The position numbers were made by a program, and so were the translations under genes. From Lama guanicoe (Eukaryota), in assembly GCA_013239625.1 (NCBI GenBank), contig MU053493.1:1125793-1189792 (forward strand): a stretch of 64,000 nucleotides of DNA, written 5' to 3'. The notes beneath the pieces are model-generated. The model was not told where the DNA came from, did not search any database, and saw nothing but the letters and a program-made list of their open reading frames with translations. Positions 37,253 through 49,275 of this stretch are shown here, one piece after another; the first letter of the stretch is position 1, and each line of letters starts with the position of its first letter.

Positions 37253-40200
37253 CACCAGGCTGTGGAGTGACTGGAGGGCCAGGCTGCAAATGTGGCCATA
37301 GAGGACATCTGTGGGTGGCTCCTGCCGTCCGTGGGGTAAAGCCTGCTTGAGGGGAGGGCTCCCAGCCTTTGACCCAGGCCCCCACCTCAGGTACAATCCT
37401 CTGGTTCTTTGTTTCACGGGTGAAATGCAGAAATGTGACTCCCTGTTCCCTGATATCCCATCCAACTCCATGATTCTGTCTGCAGTGATCCCCTCCTCTC
37501 TCCCAGTGCTGACTAATCAGGGGAAGGAGAGCCCCACTCGTTGCTATGAGACAACAGCCAGGACGAAGCAGGTGTCTCCCAGAAAGGACTGTATCCTCTC
37601 AGGCTGAGGAGGAGATGGAGCACTGTGAGAAGTATTTCTAACCAGAAGTGGGTCTCCTGGCCAGCATCCCTCCTGCTGATGCAAAGCCCTGCTGAGTGGG
37701 CTGTGCTGAGGTCCTTCTGACATTGGAGTCACCTTGTTCCGAACAGGCTCTCCATGCATGTCTGTGAAATGCATTTACTAGTCCTGTGGGAGTTAAAAGT
37801 GGAAACTGAATTATTCTTTCTAGAATCGTTTGGCCCTTGCAAGTTCAAATGCGTTACTATGGAAAACGTGGTTCGCATAAAATTGGACAAATTTTCAAAC
37901 CTTCATCCCCACTCCCACAGTTTGGTAGTGTGCCAAATAAGCAAAACTTGGATTATTTACTGATGCACCCTGATGTGACACACAGCAAAGTGTCCATTCT
38001 GTGGGGAGGTCAAGCTTCGTGTTGTCCGTTATACGTACATCAGAGGGACTGTGTGCTGTCTCGGAGTGTCAGCTACATCTGTTTGTTAAGGCAAATTCGT
38101 GCACTCCAGCTCTTTAAAAACCCTCCTCCTCACCTCCCCTTCCCCATCTGGGGATGCAGAGGGGCCTTGAGGAATGAAGCGCTGGACATTATCCACGCGG
38201 CACAGCCCGGGGCATGGCACCTCCGGGCTAGCGCTTCCTTTGCCCCTCCCCCCACATCCTGAAGCCCGTGCTGCCCACTCTGGTCCCCTGAACAGCACTG
38301 CCCTCTGGCTCCCTGTCACGCCTCTCATGGGTCCCTCAGACCTCAGCACTGAGCAAGACTCCTTATCACCTGCTTCACTGTTTGGCAGGAGAATAAGCTC
38401 CCCCAACTCCCCATACAGAACAGAACAATGACACGGTGATTGACGTGCAGGTCTGTCCCCACGGTACTGAGTGGGAAGAGATGCCTTCTAGATAAAGTAC
38501 TGCTAGGTAGTTTTTTCTTTTAAGTAATTAGCCTCCCCCATCAATGCCCCCTTTCAGTGTTCTCTGTCCTGTGAAAGTTGCCCAAGACCAAACCACTGTC
38601 CCTGTGATGATAAAGTGGGGGTTCAAAGCTGCTAACTCAGTGTGACAGCTCTTTATGAGACTGGAGGGTCTGTGGACCTCCCCCTCCCCCTCCCATGCTC
38701 TGGGTGCACTGGGGGTGCACTCTGGAGGCCAGGGATGGGACCCTGGAGGGAGAAGAGGGTGGGTATTCCTAAGAAAAGACTTGAGATCAAGTATTAACCC
38801 TTGTGGTAAGGCAATACCCAGGGCACCAGAGAGAGGGAAAGTCGAGTGTTTGAGGATGTGGTGGGGCAGTCTGGAGTCAGACCCAGACCCCCTCCCCCCG
38901 AAGTGTGTCTCCTTCACGTCACATTCTTCCTAACAGAGGGAGAGAGGCAGAGACATTTTCTGAGCAGGGAGGTGCGCGGACCATCTACTCCCCAGTATGA
39001 CGGGATGACTGGTCCACATTCACATAGCTGCGCAGCCCACAGCAGGGAGGGCCAGACTCCCAACATCCTTTCCCATCATTTCCTCACGCTGCCCAAGAGA
39101 CAGGCAGTGACGTTTTGCCCCGGATTCCTGGTGGCGTTCCATGGGCCAGTGGAGAGAGGCATGAGAAAGCATCTTTGGAAGGCACCGAGGGTCTGGGGTG
39201 GGGGCCCAGGCTGAGCATGCGTGTTGTAAGGAAGACAGGGGTTCTGTGTGATCTTGGGAGGCCATCCAGGAGGTCATCATATTGGCGGAGCATGGCCAGG
39301 CGGGAGCTGTGGCTTCCTCCCTGTGGCCAGGCCGGGTAAGGGGCTCTGTGGCCAGGCACATTCTCAGGGTGGAGGTTGGGGCAGAGCCCTTCATACACTC
39401 AGTTTTCGTTTCTTCATCTAGACATGAGGCCGTACTTTGTAAATTGTTTAAGACTATACAGATGTAAGAAGTTTGCTGGGGTTTTTTTTTTTCAAACACT
39501 GTTATTTTAGTTCCTTTTCAGAAGCAAGAATGAAAACCTGGAGGAAATGTGGAAAGAACATCAGTCACTTGGAGACATGTAGGCTTTTGCATGAAGCTAT
39601 CTGATGGCTCTGAACAGCTCATGGAGGAAAATGGCCCAGGGATATTTGCTATGGGCCTGGGAAGCTCATGCCAGACTCATAGGCAGAAAGCAGGCAGGGG
39701 TCACCCATCACCAGGCTGTGGGACTTTTCTGTAGGACCCAGTAGGCATGAGGCCATGGCTCCACATCCTCCCCATGGGCTTCTGTTGTACCCAAATCCCT
39801 GAGTGTTTCTGGGCACGTGGCCCAGGTCAGCCCCGTGAGTTTCTGCTGGATGGACCCCCCACTCTCGGCATTGAGTGCAACAGGCGCAGGTCAGGCCTCT
39901 GCTCTCACCACCCGGTGGCCTTGCACTCACTCTGTCCAGTCACTCCCAGAGGGTCCTGTGTCCCCACATACTCTGCTTTCCAGAGAGTCCAAACGGGAGG
40001 TTGAGGGCACCCAAGTGCCCACAGAGGCGCCCCTGAGTACCCAGGCCAGCCGGGATGAGACACCGCCATCCCCGGGCCCCCTGGGGCAGAGGTGTGGGAG
40101 AAGCTGTGCTTTGGGGCAGACATGGCTGGGTCTTGTTTCCATGGTGCTGCCCCCTGCCATGCGTCCCTGCTGAGTCAGGTCATCTCGCAGCTTCCGTGTC

Positions 40201-40314
40201 CCCGTAGGGGACAGCAGGTCCAGGGGCATCGATCAGGACCAAGCCTAACCAACTGGGCATTGATTCCTTTCCAACAGGGTTGGGAAAAGATCTGCCCCAT
40301 GGCTGGGGGTCTGG

Positions 40315-40412
40315 GGGACCTGGGTGAGGGGTCCCACTGCTCTAAGCCTCTGTTTCCACATCTGGAACGAGGGTGAGCCCAGGCACCTCGAGGGGTTGTT
40401 GCGAGGACCACA
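40315..40412 (+). mobile_element. MIR relic
   Basis: GACCTGGGT...CTCTAAGCCTCTGTTTCCACATCTGGAA...GGGTTGTTGCGAGGA. Confidence 0.55.
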
Positions 40413-41299
40413 GAGGCTGGTCGCCAGGTTGAAATCAGACAGGGGTAGCCCCGGAAACAGAAGGGACCCTCCAGGGTCTTTCTGGACTCATGCGATGCTT
40501 TAGGACAGAGAGTAGCCTGGAGTGGGAGGGGGCTGATGGGGCCCTCTGGGCACTCAGCAAAATTCACCGTGTGCTTTCCATTTTTAAGAGGATCCTTCAA
40601 ACCTTTTTCCTGTGTACGTCATCAACATTCACTTTTTTAATAAACTATTGATGAGTTTAATTAACACGGGGGAGGGGGAGTTAAGAAGGAGGAGGCCCTG
40701 TTTGACTCCACTTTGCTCTCGGTGTTTTGAGGATCAGTCATTTATTTTGGGGAAACTTTTTATAAAACGTGTGCCTTAAGGAATACTGAAGTCTAGAAAG
40801 ACAAAACTAATACAGAACTTGCCAAATCCCGTCCGCAGCCCCCACTGTCTTTCCTGTGCCTGCAGGAAGGTGGGAGGGCAGGGATGTCTCCATGGAAATC
40901 CATGGAAACAGGACCTTATTATATTTTTTTACTCTTTTTCCTTTGCTTATTCAGTTTTTAAGTGAAATCCAGTGTTTGCACAGGTTAAAAGAACTCAAAC
41001 AAAATGCGAGTATGTAGTAAAATATGAGTCATTTTCTTACCCCAGCCCCTGTCCCTCTCAAGAGGCACTGCTGCTGATCGCTCCTGTGTATCTTTCTAGA
41101 AATACTCTCTGGATGCTGTGTTTGCTCACTGCCTTGAGTGGTGTCAGCTCAGTTCTGCCTTGAAAGATGATGAAATTCATGCACACCCTTCTCTCCAGCC
41201 CCCTCCCACTTCTCCTGTCTTGTTTATGTTACCCTCCCTTACACTGGACACATGTCTCTCTCATGGGTAACCTCAGTGTCCACAGTTACATGGTCTCAG

Positions 41300-41591
41300 T
41301 GCTGCCAAATGCAAATTAACGTGTGAGGCCAAAGAAACCGAACGAAGCATCGGAGTCTGAAGCAGAGAAAGGTTTACTGCAGGGCTAAGCAAGGAGGACC
41401 GGGTGGCTTTTGCCCAAGAAAACCCCGAACTCCCTGAAAGGTTTCACTATTGGGTAATGGTTTTTAACATCTGAAAAACTGGAGAAATATGCATGAGATT
41501 CTATGATCTTGTACTTCAGGGAGGAGCTGCAGTAGAGGATGCAGGGAGGGGTCTGACCCTGGAGGGCCCCACGGGGTCCTGCCTGGTTGTA
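41300..41591 (-). mobile_element. ERV1-type solo LTR, internally deleted and diverged
   Basis: Homologous to the 42319 and 44460 LTRs (GAGGAGCTGCAG, GGGGTCTGACCCTGGA); degenerate termini; TSD TCAG/CCAG. Confidence 0.8.
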
Positions 41592-42318
41592 CCAGGACTA
41601 CACTGAGGTGGATTCCAGCATCACACAGTACTAATCCTTTATGTGTAATTCTAGAAGAATTAATTCCCAAGGCCTTTCATTCCCTTCCTCTCCCAGTTGT
41701 TGGAGCTCACTGTAGAAACCCCGCTTCCTTCCTGGATGGCTTACAACACCCAGCTGGAGAGTTTCTGCAAGCTTCAAAATCTCTCTGGCATGAAGAGAAA
41801 ACTCTTGAGTCACATTGTTTCCTTTAAAACTTGACAGAAATAGTTCTGCCTCGTAGCGCTGAGCGTCACGGTGGAGAAATTTGAACTCAAGCCTGCTTTC
41901 TGCCTGGCTGTTCATAGGATTCTTTGAGTTCAGAGACATCACGGGGCTGTTTCTGGAGGCTGAGCGGACTGGATCACTTGCTTTTACGCTGAGCGCGGTA
42001 TCCCCTAGCAACTGACAGAGACGCGGAGCTGTGTGTGTGCAGTGCTTCTTCTGTGTCTTCTCTCTGTCATCTCTTGGATAAACTTCCTGTTTTCGCATCC
42101 TTTGCCACTGCATTTGCTTGTTTCTTTGTTCAGTTGACTGTGTCTGTTCTGTTTCTTCATGGCTTCTCATGTGGTCATTACCCTACCCCATTTATTTGCT
42201 TTTTCTCCATTTCTTTCCCAGGCTCTCTCTGTTGCTTTGTAATCTCTTCTTTGATTTTTAAAAATCTTACTCAGAGACTATGGTCAGTAGGATAATGGCC
42301 CCTCAAGGATATCAATAT

Positions 42319-42792
42319 TGTAACAGAGCAGGACCCCGTGGGACCTTCCCTGGACAGACCTCTCCCCCATATCCTCTGCTGTAGCTCCTCTCTGAAGTAC
42401 CCAGATCATAGTATCACATGCAGATTTCCTGAGTTTTTCAGATGCTAAAAGCTACCACCCAATGGAAGAAATTAACTACTTGATGATCATGAGCACATGG
42501 CCCCCAGACCTTCCGGTATCTAAGGATGGATCACCATCACCCCATCAGAGAGCTGTGCACAGCTGATCACAGACCCTGGGACTCACCCCCCCCCCACCAA
42601 CCTGGCCTTTAAAAATGCTTTGCTGAAACCCTTTGGAGAGTTTGAGGGTTGTTTTTTTTTTTTTTTTTTTTAGCATGAGCCACTCAGTCTCCTTGCTTGG
42701 CCCTGCAATAAACCTTTCTTTGCTCCAAACTCTGACGTTTCGGTTTGTTTGGCCTCACGTGCGTCAGGCACAAGAACTTGCATTCGGTAACA
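42319..42792 (+). mobile_element. ERV1-type solo LTR (474 bp)
   Basis: TGTAACAGAG...CGGTAACA termini; TTTAAAAA at 42608 and AATAAA at 42707; approximate TSD ATAT/ATTT; splits an MLT1 element. Confidence 0.9.
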
Positions 42793-42929
42793 ATTTCCTG
42801 ATCTCCAGAACCCATGAGTATGTTACGTGACATGGAAGAGGAGAATTGGAAGTGGAAAATAATAAAATTGAGTATGGAGGTAAGGTTGCTACCCAGAAGG
42901 ATCTTTAAAAGTAGAAGAAGGAAAACCAG

Positions 42930-43110
42930 GAGGGAGGGTATAGCTCAGTGGTAGAGCATGTGCTTAGCGTGCATGAGGTCCTGGGTTCAGTCTCCAGTAA
43001 CTCCACTAAGAAATCAATAAATCTAATTACCTCCCCGGAAAACGATTTTTTCTTAATTAAAAAAAATAGAAAAATATCACTTATTTGGAACAAAATTAAA
43101 AAAAAAAGAA
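42930..43110 (+). mobile_element. Vic-1-type SINE nested in an MLT1 LTR
   Basis: GGGAGGGTATAGCTCAGTGGTAGAGCATGTGCTTAGC; TSD AARGAAAACCAG. Confidence 0.9.
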
Positions 43111-43229
43111 AAAGAAAACCAGAGGTGTCAGGATGAGAAAGACTGGTCCTGATGTTGTTGGAGGTAAGAGACCATGAAATGCATGTGTGTGGCCTCCAGC
43201 CTGGACACAGCAAGGAAAAAGGTGCTTCC

Positions 43230-43939
43230 TGTGGTGAATGGAAGGCTAACCCCCAAACTTGTTCCTGCCCCAACCCCTAGAACCTTAGAATATGTTACTT
43301 TATATGGTAAAGGGGACTTGGCAGATGTGATTAAATTAAGAATCTTAAAATGGAGAGATTAGCCTGAATTATCCAAGTGGGTCTTCTGTGACCCCAAGGG
43401 AGGCCAGAGGGGCACAGTCAAACTGGATGTGACCATGGAAATGGCAGTCAGGTCATATGGCTCCCAGAAGGGGACCAGCAGCCCTGAGAAACTGTAGAAG
43501 ACGGGGAGCAGAATCTCCCCTGGAGCCTCCAGAAGGAACACCATCCTGCACTAGCTTGATTTTAGCCCAAGGAGACCCATGTCAGATGTCTGACTTCCAG
43601 AACTACAGGGCAAATACATTTCTGTGGTTTTGTAACCGAACAGGACCCTGGGGGGCCTTCCAGGGTCAGACCCCTCTCCGTGTATCCTCTGCTGCAGCTC
43701 CTCTCTGAAGCACCCAGATAATAGTATCTCATGTGTATTGCCTGAGTTTTTCATATGCTTAAAGCCACCACCAAAGGGAAGAAATTAACTACTTGATCGA
43801 GGGCGCATTGCCCCAAGACCTTCTGGAGCCTGGGGGGGTTGATGGTGTTGACCGCCATGTTCCCTCCACCCGAACTTGCCTTTGGTAACAGTTTTAAGCC
43901 AACGCGGTTGTGGTGATTTGTTTCAGCAGTAATAGGAAA
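43230..43939 (+). mobile_element. MLT1D-like LTR split by an ERV1 LTR
   Basis: GAATATGTTACTTTATATGGTAAAGGGGACTTGGCAGATGTGATTAA...GGAGCCTCCAGAAGGAAC...AATAGGAAA; flanking CTTCC repeat. Confidence 0.8.
43631..43890 (+). mobile_element. ERV1-type solo LTR, internally deleted (260 bp)
   Basis: TGTAACCG...TGGTAACA termini; perfect TSD GTTT; lacks the segment holding the TATA-like box and AATAAA. Confidence 0.9.
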
Positions 43940-44459
43940 CTTCCTGAGGCTATGTGGAATATGTTACTAAAAAGGCTCTTCCTCTGTTTTCCTTATGAGG
44001 CTTTCCTGGTGGGTCTTCATCTGCTGACCCTCAACCCCCCCCCCACATCATTGCCTGATTTCCCAGCTGGTTACTACGCGATTTTAGTCAGTTCTTTTGT
44101 TGAAGGATGGGGGTGGGGGTGCAGGGCATTTCAAATTCATGGTCTGAAATACAATTTCTCCAGATGCATTTCCTTTGCCCAGCGAGGGCTGCGTTCCCCA
44201 GATTTCCATGTTTAAACTGAGTGTTGCTGCCACGTTTAACAGATGTTTCTGTCTCATACTTCTTGCGCGCCTTTCTGTGTGAGGCCAAGCCCACAGGCCA
44301 CGGCCTGCTCAGTGGCTCCACTTGCACGTCCACGTGATCCTTTATGACCAGCCACAACAGGGTCTGCGTCTCCCCCAGGGGGCCAAGGCGGGCGCTGGCT
44401 TGCTGTGTCCATTCCTGACTCGACAGGGCTGGTTTACCCAGGACTGTGCTCTCCGCTAG

Positions 44460-44933
44460 TGTTACCGAAGGCAAGTTCATTTGCCTGCCGCACCACAAGG
44501 CCAAACAAACTGAAACATCGAAGTTTGGAGCAGAGAAAGTTTTATTTCAGGGCTGAGCAAGGAGGATGGGGCTGCTTATGCCTCAGAAAACCCCAAGCTC
44601 TCTGAAGTATTTCAGCAAAACATATTTTAAGACCAGGTAAGGGAGGGGGAGTCGCAGGGTATGTGATCAGCTCATGCACAGTCCTCTGGTTGGTTGATGT
44701 GGAGGGAACAGGGCATCAACACCATCAACCCCCAGGCGCCAGAAGGTCTGGGGGCAATGTGCCCTCAATCATCAAGTAGTTAATTTCTTCCCTTTGGTGG
44801 TGATTGTAAGCCTTTGAAAAACTCAGGAAATACACATGAGATACTGTTATCTGGGCGCTTCAGAGAGGAGCTGCAGCAGAGGACAGGGAAAGGGGTCTGA
44901 CCCTGGAAGGCCCCAGGATCCTACTCGGTCACG
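44460..44933 (-). mobile_element. ERV1-type solo LTR (474 bp)
   Basis: TGTTACCGAA...CGGTCACG; perfect TSD CTAG; minus-strand AATAAA at 44541-44546. Confidence 0.9.
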
Positions 44934-44948
44934 CTAGTGTCTGTTCTC

Positions 44949-45326
44949 TTTTCTTTTTTTTTTTAATTTCATTTTTTATTGAAGTGTAGTTGATTACAAT
45001 GTTAGTTTCAGGCATACAGCAAAGCGACGCAGTTATACACACAAACATATATATGTATTTTCAGATTCTTTTCCATTATAGCTCATTACAAGAAATCGAA
45101 TATAGTTCCCAGTGCTGTACAGTTGGTCCTTGTTGATTATCCATTTTACATATGGTAGTTTGTATCTGCGAATCCCAGACTCCTAATTTATCCCTCTCCC
45201 CGACTTTCCTCTTTGGTAACCATAGTTTGTTTTCTGTGTCCATGAGTCTTTTCTGGTTTGTAAATAAAATTTGTGTCTCTTTTTAGATTCCACATACAAG
45301 TGATGTCATACGATATTTACCTTTCT
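44949..45326 (-). mobile_element. Young L1 3' end (antisense) with TSD
   Basis: Poly-T then TTGAAGTGTAGTTGATTACAATGTT; TSD CTAGTGTCTGT(T)CTC. Confidence 0.9.
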
Positions 45327-48300
45327 CTAGTGTCTGTCTCCTTGATTTGTCGAAAATGGACTGTATTTCTCTTTCTAGTTCTCTCTCTCCCTTCTCCCTT
45401 CTGAGGGCTTTCAAAGAAAGTGTGGGGAAGTGAACTAGTCACTGGAAGCTGCTCTCTGGTGGACAGTTGTGTAGATGCTGAGGGGTTTTGCTTATAATCT
45501 TTGGGGAACCCCTTGTGGTTTGAGGAAGAGAATGGGTCACCGTTCCTCCTGGGGGCTGGGCGTTGTTTAGCATTTTTTACTCTCGGGTTCTTTTTCCAAG
45601 AAGAGTTTTTGTTTTACTCCAGAATACTTTTTGATAAAAGCCCTTCTGTTAGATTCGGCAAGCTATTGTATTAATGATTTGGCGTCCCCAAGGGCCCCCA
45701 GGCTTCACCTGCACAGCAGGTGGGGGACGGAGGCAGACAGGTTTCTCCCTGGACATCTGGCCCAAGCCTGCCCCACCTCCAAGGCCTGAGCCTGCACCTG
45801 CCACATCCCAGCAACTCGGGACTCACTGCCTGTATCTCTGAAATCTGTGTGGCTCTTCGGACATTAATCAGTAAGGCCTTGAATGAGCACTTGCTGCTTG
45901 AATCACTAATGAATATTAAATTAATGGAGTAATCCCTAAGCAGTGAGAATAGCCGTTGGTGATTGCCGCGTGCTTTTCTGACATGATCAAGGTTAAATTT
46001 CACAGCCATCCTGGGAGGTGGGTGTCACTGCTCATCCCCACTTGGCCAAGGAGCCAAGCACAGGATGCCTGTTGTCTCTCTTATGAAGCACAAGCTGCCT
46101 TCACAAACATCAGACCTACTGCTTTACACCCAGGAGGTGTGACCTTAACTTTGTTGGATCAAGTTGGCGCTTGCAAACTTTTCGCCTTCTTTTACGAGCT
46201 CTTAGCGCATGCAAATCTGTTGTCCCCAGAAATGTTTTGAAACAGCTTGCTTGAAGTAACCTAAGATACGTGTGTTTTAAATGTCCAGTTTTAGGTGGAT
46301 TATGTTAACAACCGTGCATTCTGCACCCTCTGTCTTTCAAAGGCAGCTTGAAAGTGGGAGGTCCTAAAACTTGAGGAATGAGAGTCCGTGCAGATTTCAC
46401 CCCAGCCAGACGCACTTTGGGCTGCCCTGCACGTGCCCGGCCCCTCTGTTTCGCTGCCCCTGTGACGCCTGCCAAAAGGTGGTGTAGAAGGAGGAGGGCA
46501 CCCACACTCTCCGTCTTCAGCTGCGGGGAGAGTAACCCCCCACGCACCGAAGAGAGTAAACTGAAGTCTCTAAGTGCTTTGCTTTTTCTCTGCCTGCCTT
46601 CCAGTTTGCAGGGCACACGGGATGTCGGTCTGGGGGATGAGTAACTGGCAGACAGGGGCTTCAGAGAGGCCAGCGGGGCCAGGCCCTGCATCCCTGCTGG
46701 TAAGAGGCCAGCAGCGCCTGAGAATCAGGTGAAGTGCCTGCTGTGCTGTTGCCAGTGTGGAGGAAGGACAGGCTGTACCTGGCGTCTGAGAAGGAACAGG
46801 TCCTGGGGCCACCTGTACAACCAGATTGTGTGAGCCCTGGAGAAAGCAGCCTTCCTGAAGTTTTTTTGGACACTGGGAAGATGAGAACCATCCACCTGCC
46901 AGCTCCTCTTGGCCTCCCCAAGCCTGGCTCATGTCTGGGATCAGCTCTGTGCCATTAGCTCTTCAAAGATCGCCGGCTTCCACTTCCCTCTCTTCTTTCC
47001 TCTTCCAGTTTGTCATGTCTTGGTTTTTTTGTTCCATCATCCAGATTTTTCAGCGATTGTCTCGCATTATGCCTGCATCCAGCCCTCTGTGTGCACTCAG
47101 GGTACTTTCCTCAGTGCTGACTTCCACTTTCCTAATCTGTCCTCTACCCAACCCACATCACATCCACTGTAAAGATGAGCCACTTGCTTTTTGATTTCTG
47201 TGATTGGTACTCATTTCCATAAATTCTCTTCATTTGGTCTTTTGGAAAGGTATCTGGTTGTTTACTTAGGGTTTTCGTCACTTTAAAAAATGCTTTGAAT
47301 CCATCATTGAAAATAGTATGTTATGGTCTGTGAGTAATAATTTGTTACCTGAACTTCTTGGTGATGTGAGTTGGGGGTTTTTGTCTGGTCTCACTGTTTG
47401 CTGGATCTGCTGGCCTGTTCCTGAGTTGCTTCGTCTTGTGTTTTCTCACTGGATTGCAGCCTCATCTTCACCTGGCTTCGGGGTAGGCACATCTGAGCAA
47501 TGAGATTGTGTTTGCTTCGGTCAGATCCCCAGGGGGGCTGTGAGTGCAGGGTCACCTTGCATGTAACTCCTGGTGGTTTTGGAGACGGTGACTGTGCCAG
47601 CCGAAGGCCCTCTGAGCCTTTGTCCTTTATGCCATGCAGCTTGCAGCGAGGAATGTGGAAGTGCTTTGTGTATGATGGGGATGCAGTCAGTGTGGGGTCA
47701 GGACAGGGGTAGGCACACCACACAGGTCCCGGCTCCTCCTGAGGTCGGAAACAGCTTGGAGCATGGAGCCCCTAAAGGACAGGGCGGTGACCAGTACACC
47801 TGTGTGCCAAGGCCTCAGGGTGCCTGGAGAATGGTTTTCTGACAGCATTCAGTCTCGGCTAGAACAGCGTTGACCCCAATGGGGGGCTCTCGGCCGTGCA
47901 GGGGCACAGGCCTGGCAGCCCCTTCCCAGCTGGGTGTGCAGCGTTTTCTGGAAGCTTGCTTGTTTGCTTCTGCTTATCATATCAACAAAGCGCAAAGCAC
48001 TGGGTGTCGGGGAGCCCAGGACATCTCGGGCGTGAGTGCTGAGTCAGTGCAGAGAAGGAGGAAGGCAGTCTGTACCCTGACAGCCGGAATGTTCTGGGGC
48101 CTGTTGTGTGGATGGTATCTGCGGTTTCAACTATAGGAAACTTTTTAAAAAGCACAACACATTTTAGAGTGTTGTCTACGACTGGGAACCGTTACTTGAA
48201 GCTCAGGGTTAGACGCTGCCCCCGGCCGACTGTTCCTTCCCCACCACTGGTCCAGGTATGCCGCAGTGCCCAGCTGTGTGGCCACATCTCAGCTGCTGGC

Positions 48301-48932
48301 TTCCCCGCCCTCCCCGAAATGCTGAGCAGAGCCGTCCCTTCAAGCACCAACCCCTGCCTGCCCCATGACACCTTTCATGGCTTCCCCGCTCGGGGCAACT
48401 GTAAGCTGTGCCCTGCGACCCTGAGTCTGTGCTCTCCCCGGAGCCCTGCAGTTAGAGTCCCGGCCCCTGGGGGCAGGTTGCAGGTCTCCACGTGCTGGTG
48501 AATCTCACCCACAAGACCCCTGCTTGTGGTGACTGTGCTTCTCACAGTCATGACATTGCAGGAGCTCCTTAGATTTCCCGAAGAAGGTGCTTACCTGTGT
48601 TGTAAGCCCTCGCACCATTCGTGCCCCTATAAAGCCTTGCAGAACCACCCCCACCACACACACACGTAGTAGATTTGGGAGTCTGAGGACATTTGGTTGC
48701 TTCCCTCGAGTGTAGTTCTCATCACCGAGTCACTGTGACTGGGGTCCTGACCTGGGGTCTTCACAGATCACTCTCTTCTCCTGGTGTAAAGTGTGGGGAC
48801 ATGGCTATTTGGTGGAGGATGGCACCGTAGTCCTGCCCTCTTTGTTCATTTCCGTCATCCACTCAGCATGTTCTCTGCGTGTTGGGAATGAGGGGGCACT
48901 GTCTTAGGAGCACACAGCGCCGATCGCCTGTA

Positions 48933-49275
48933 CAGCTGACCCTCTGTATCCGTGGGTTCTGCATCCCTGCAGTCAACCAACCACAATCTAAAATATTTTT
49001 TTAAATATTGCAGAAAGCAAAACTTGAACTAACAGTAGGTACTCCAGCAACTATTTGCATAACATGTACATTGGTATTTACCGCTATTTACAAAGCATTT
49101 ACATTGTATTAGGTATTATAAGTAATCTAAGGATGGTTTAAAGAAGACAGGAGGATGTGCGGTAGATTGTATGCAAATACTACACCATTTTACATAAGGG
49201 ACTAGGGAGCATCGAGGGTTTTGGTATTCTCAGGGGTCCTAGAACCAATCCCCCACAGATACTGAGGGGCGACTG
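48933..49275 (-). mobile_element. MER2/MER2B-like Tigger MITE, full length
   Basis: TA on both sides; imperfect TIRs CAGCTGACCCTCTGTATCCGTGGG / CCCACAGATACTGAGGGGCGACTG. Confidence 0.9.

Larger units (their letters stand above)
42279..43229 (+). mobile_element. MLT1 (D/E-like) LTR split by an ERV1 LTR and a SINE
   Basis: GGATAATGGCCCCTCAAGGATATC | CCTGATCTCCAGAACCCATGAGTATGTTAC is colinear with an MLT1 5' end across the insertion. Confidence 0.65.

Noticed and set aside
41300..44933. An intact or remnant provirus between the clustered LTRs
   Set aside because: Each LTR has its own TSD, orientations are mixed, and no PBS, PPT, gag, pol or env sequence is evident between them.
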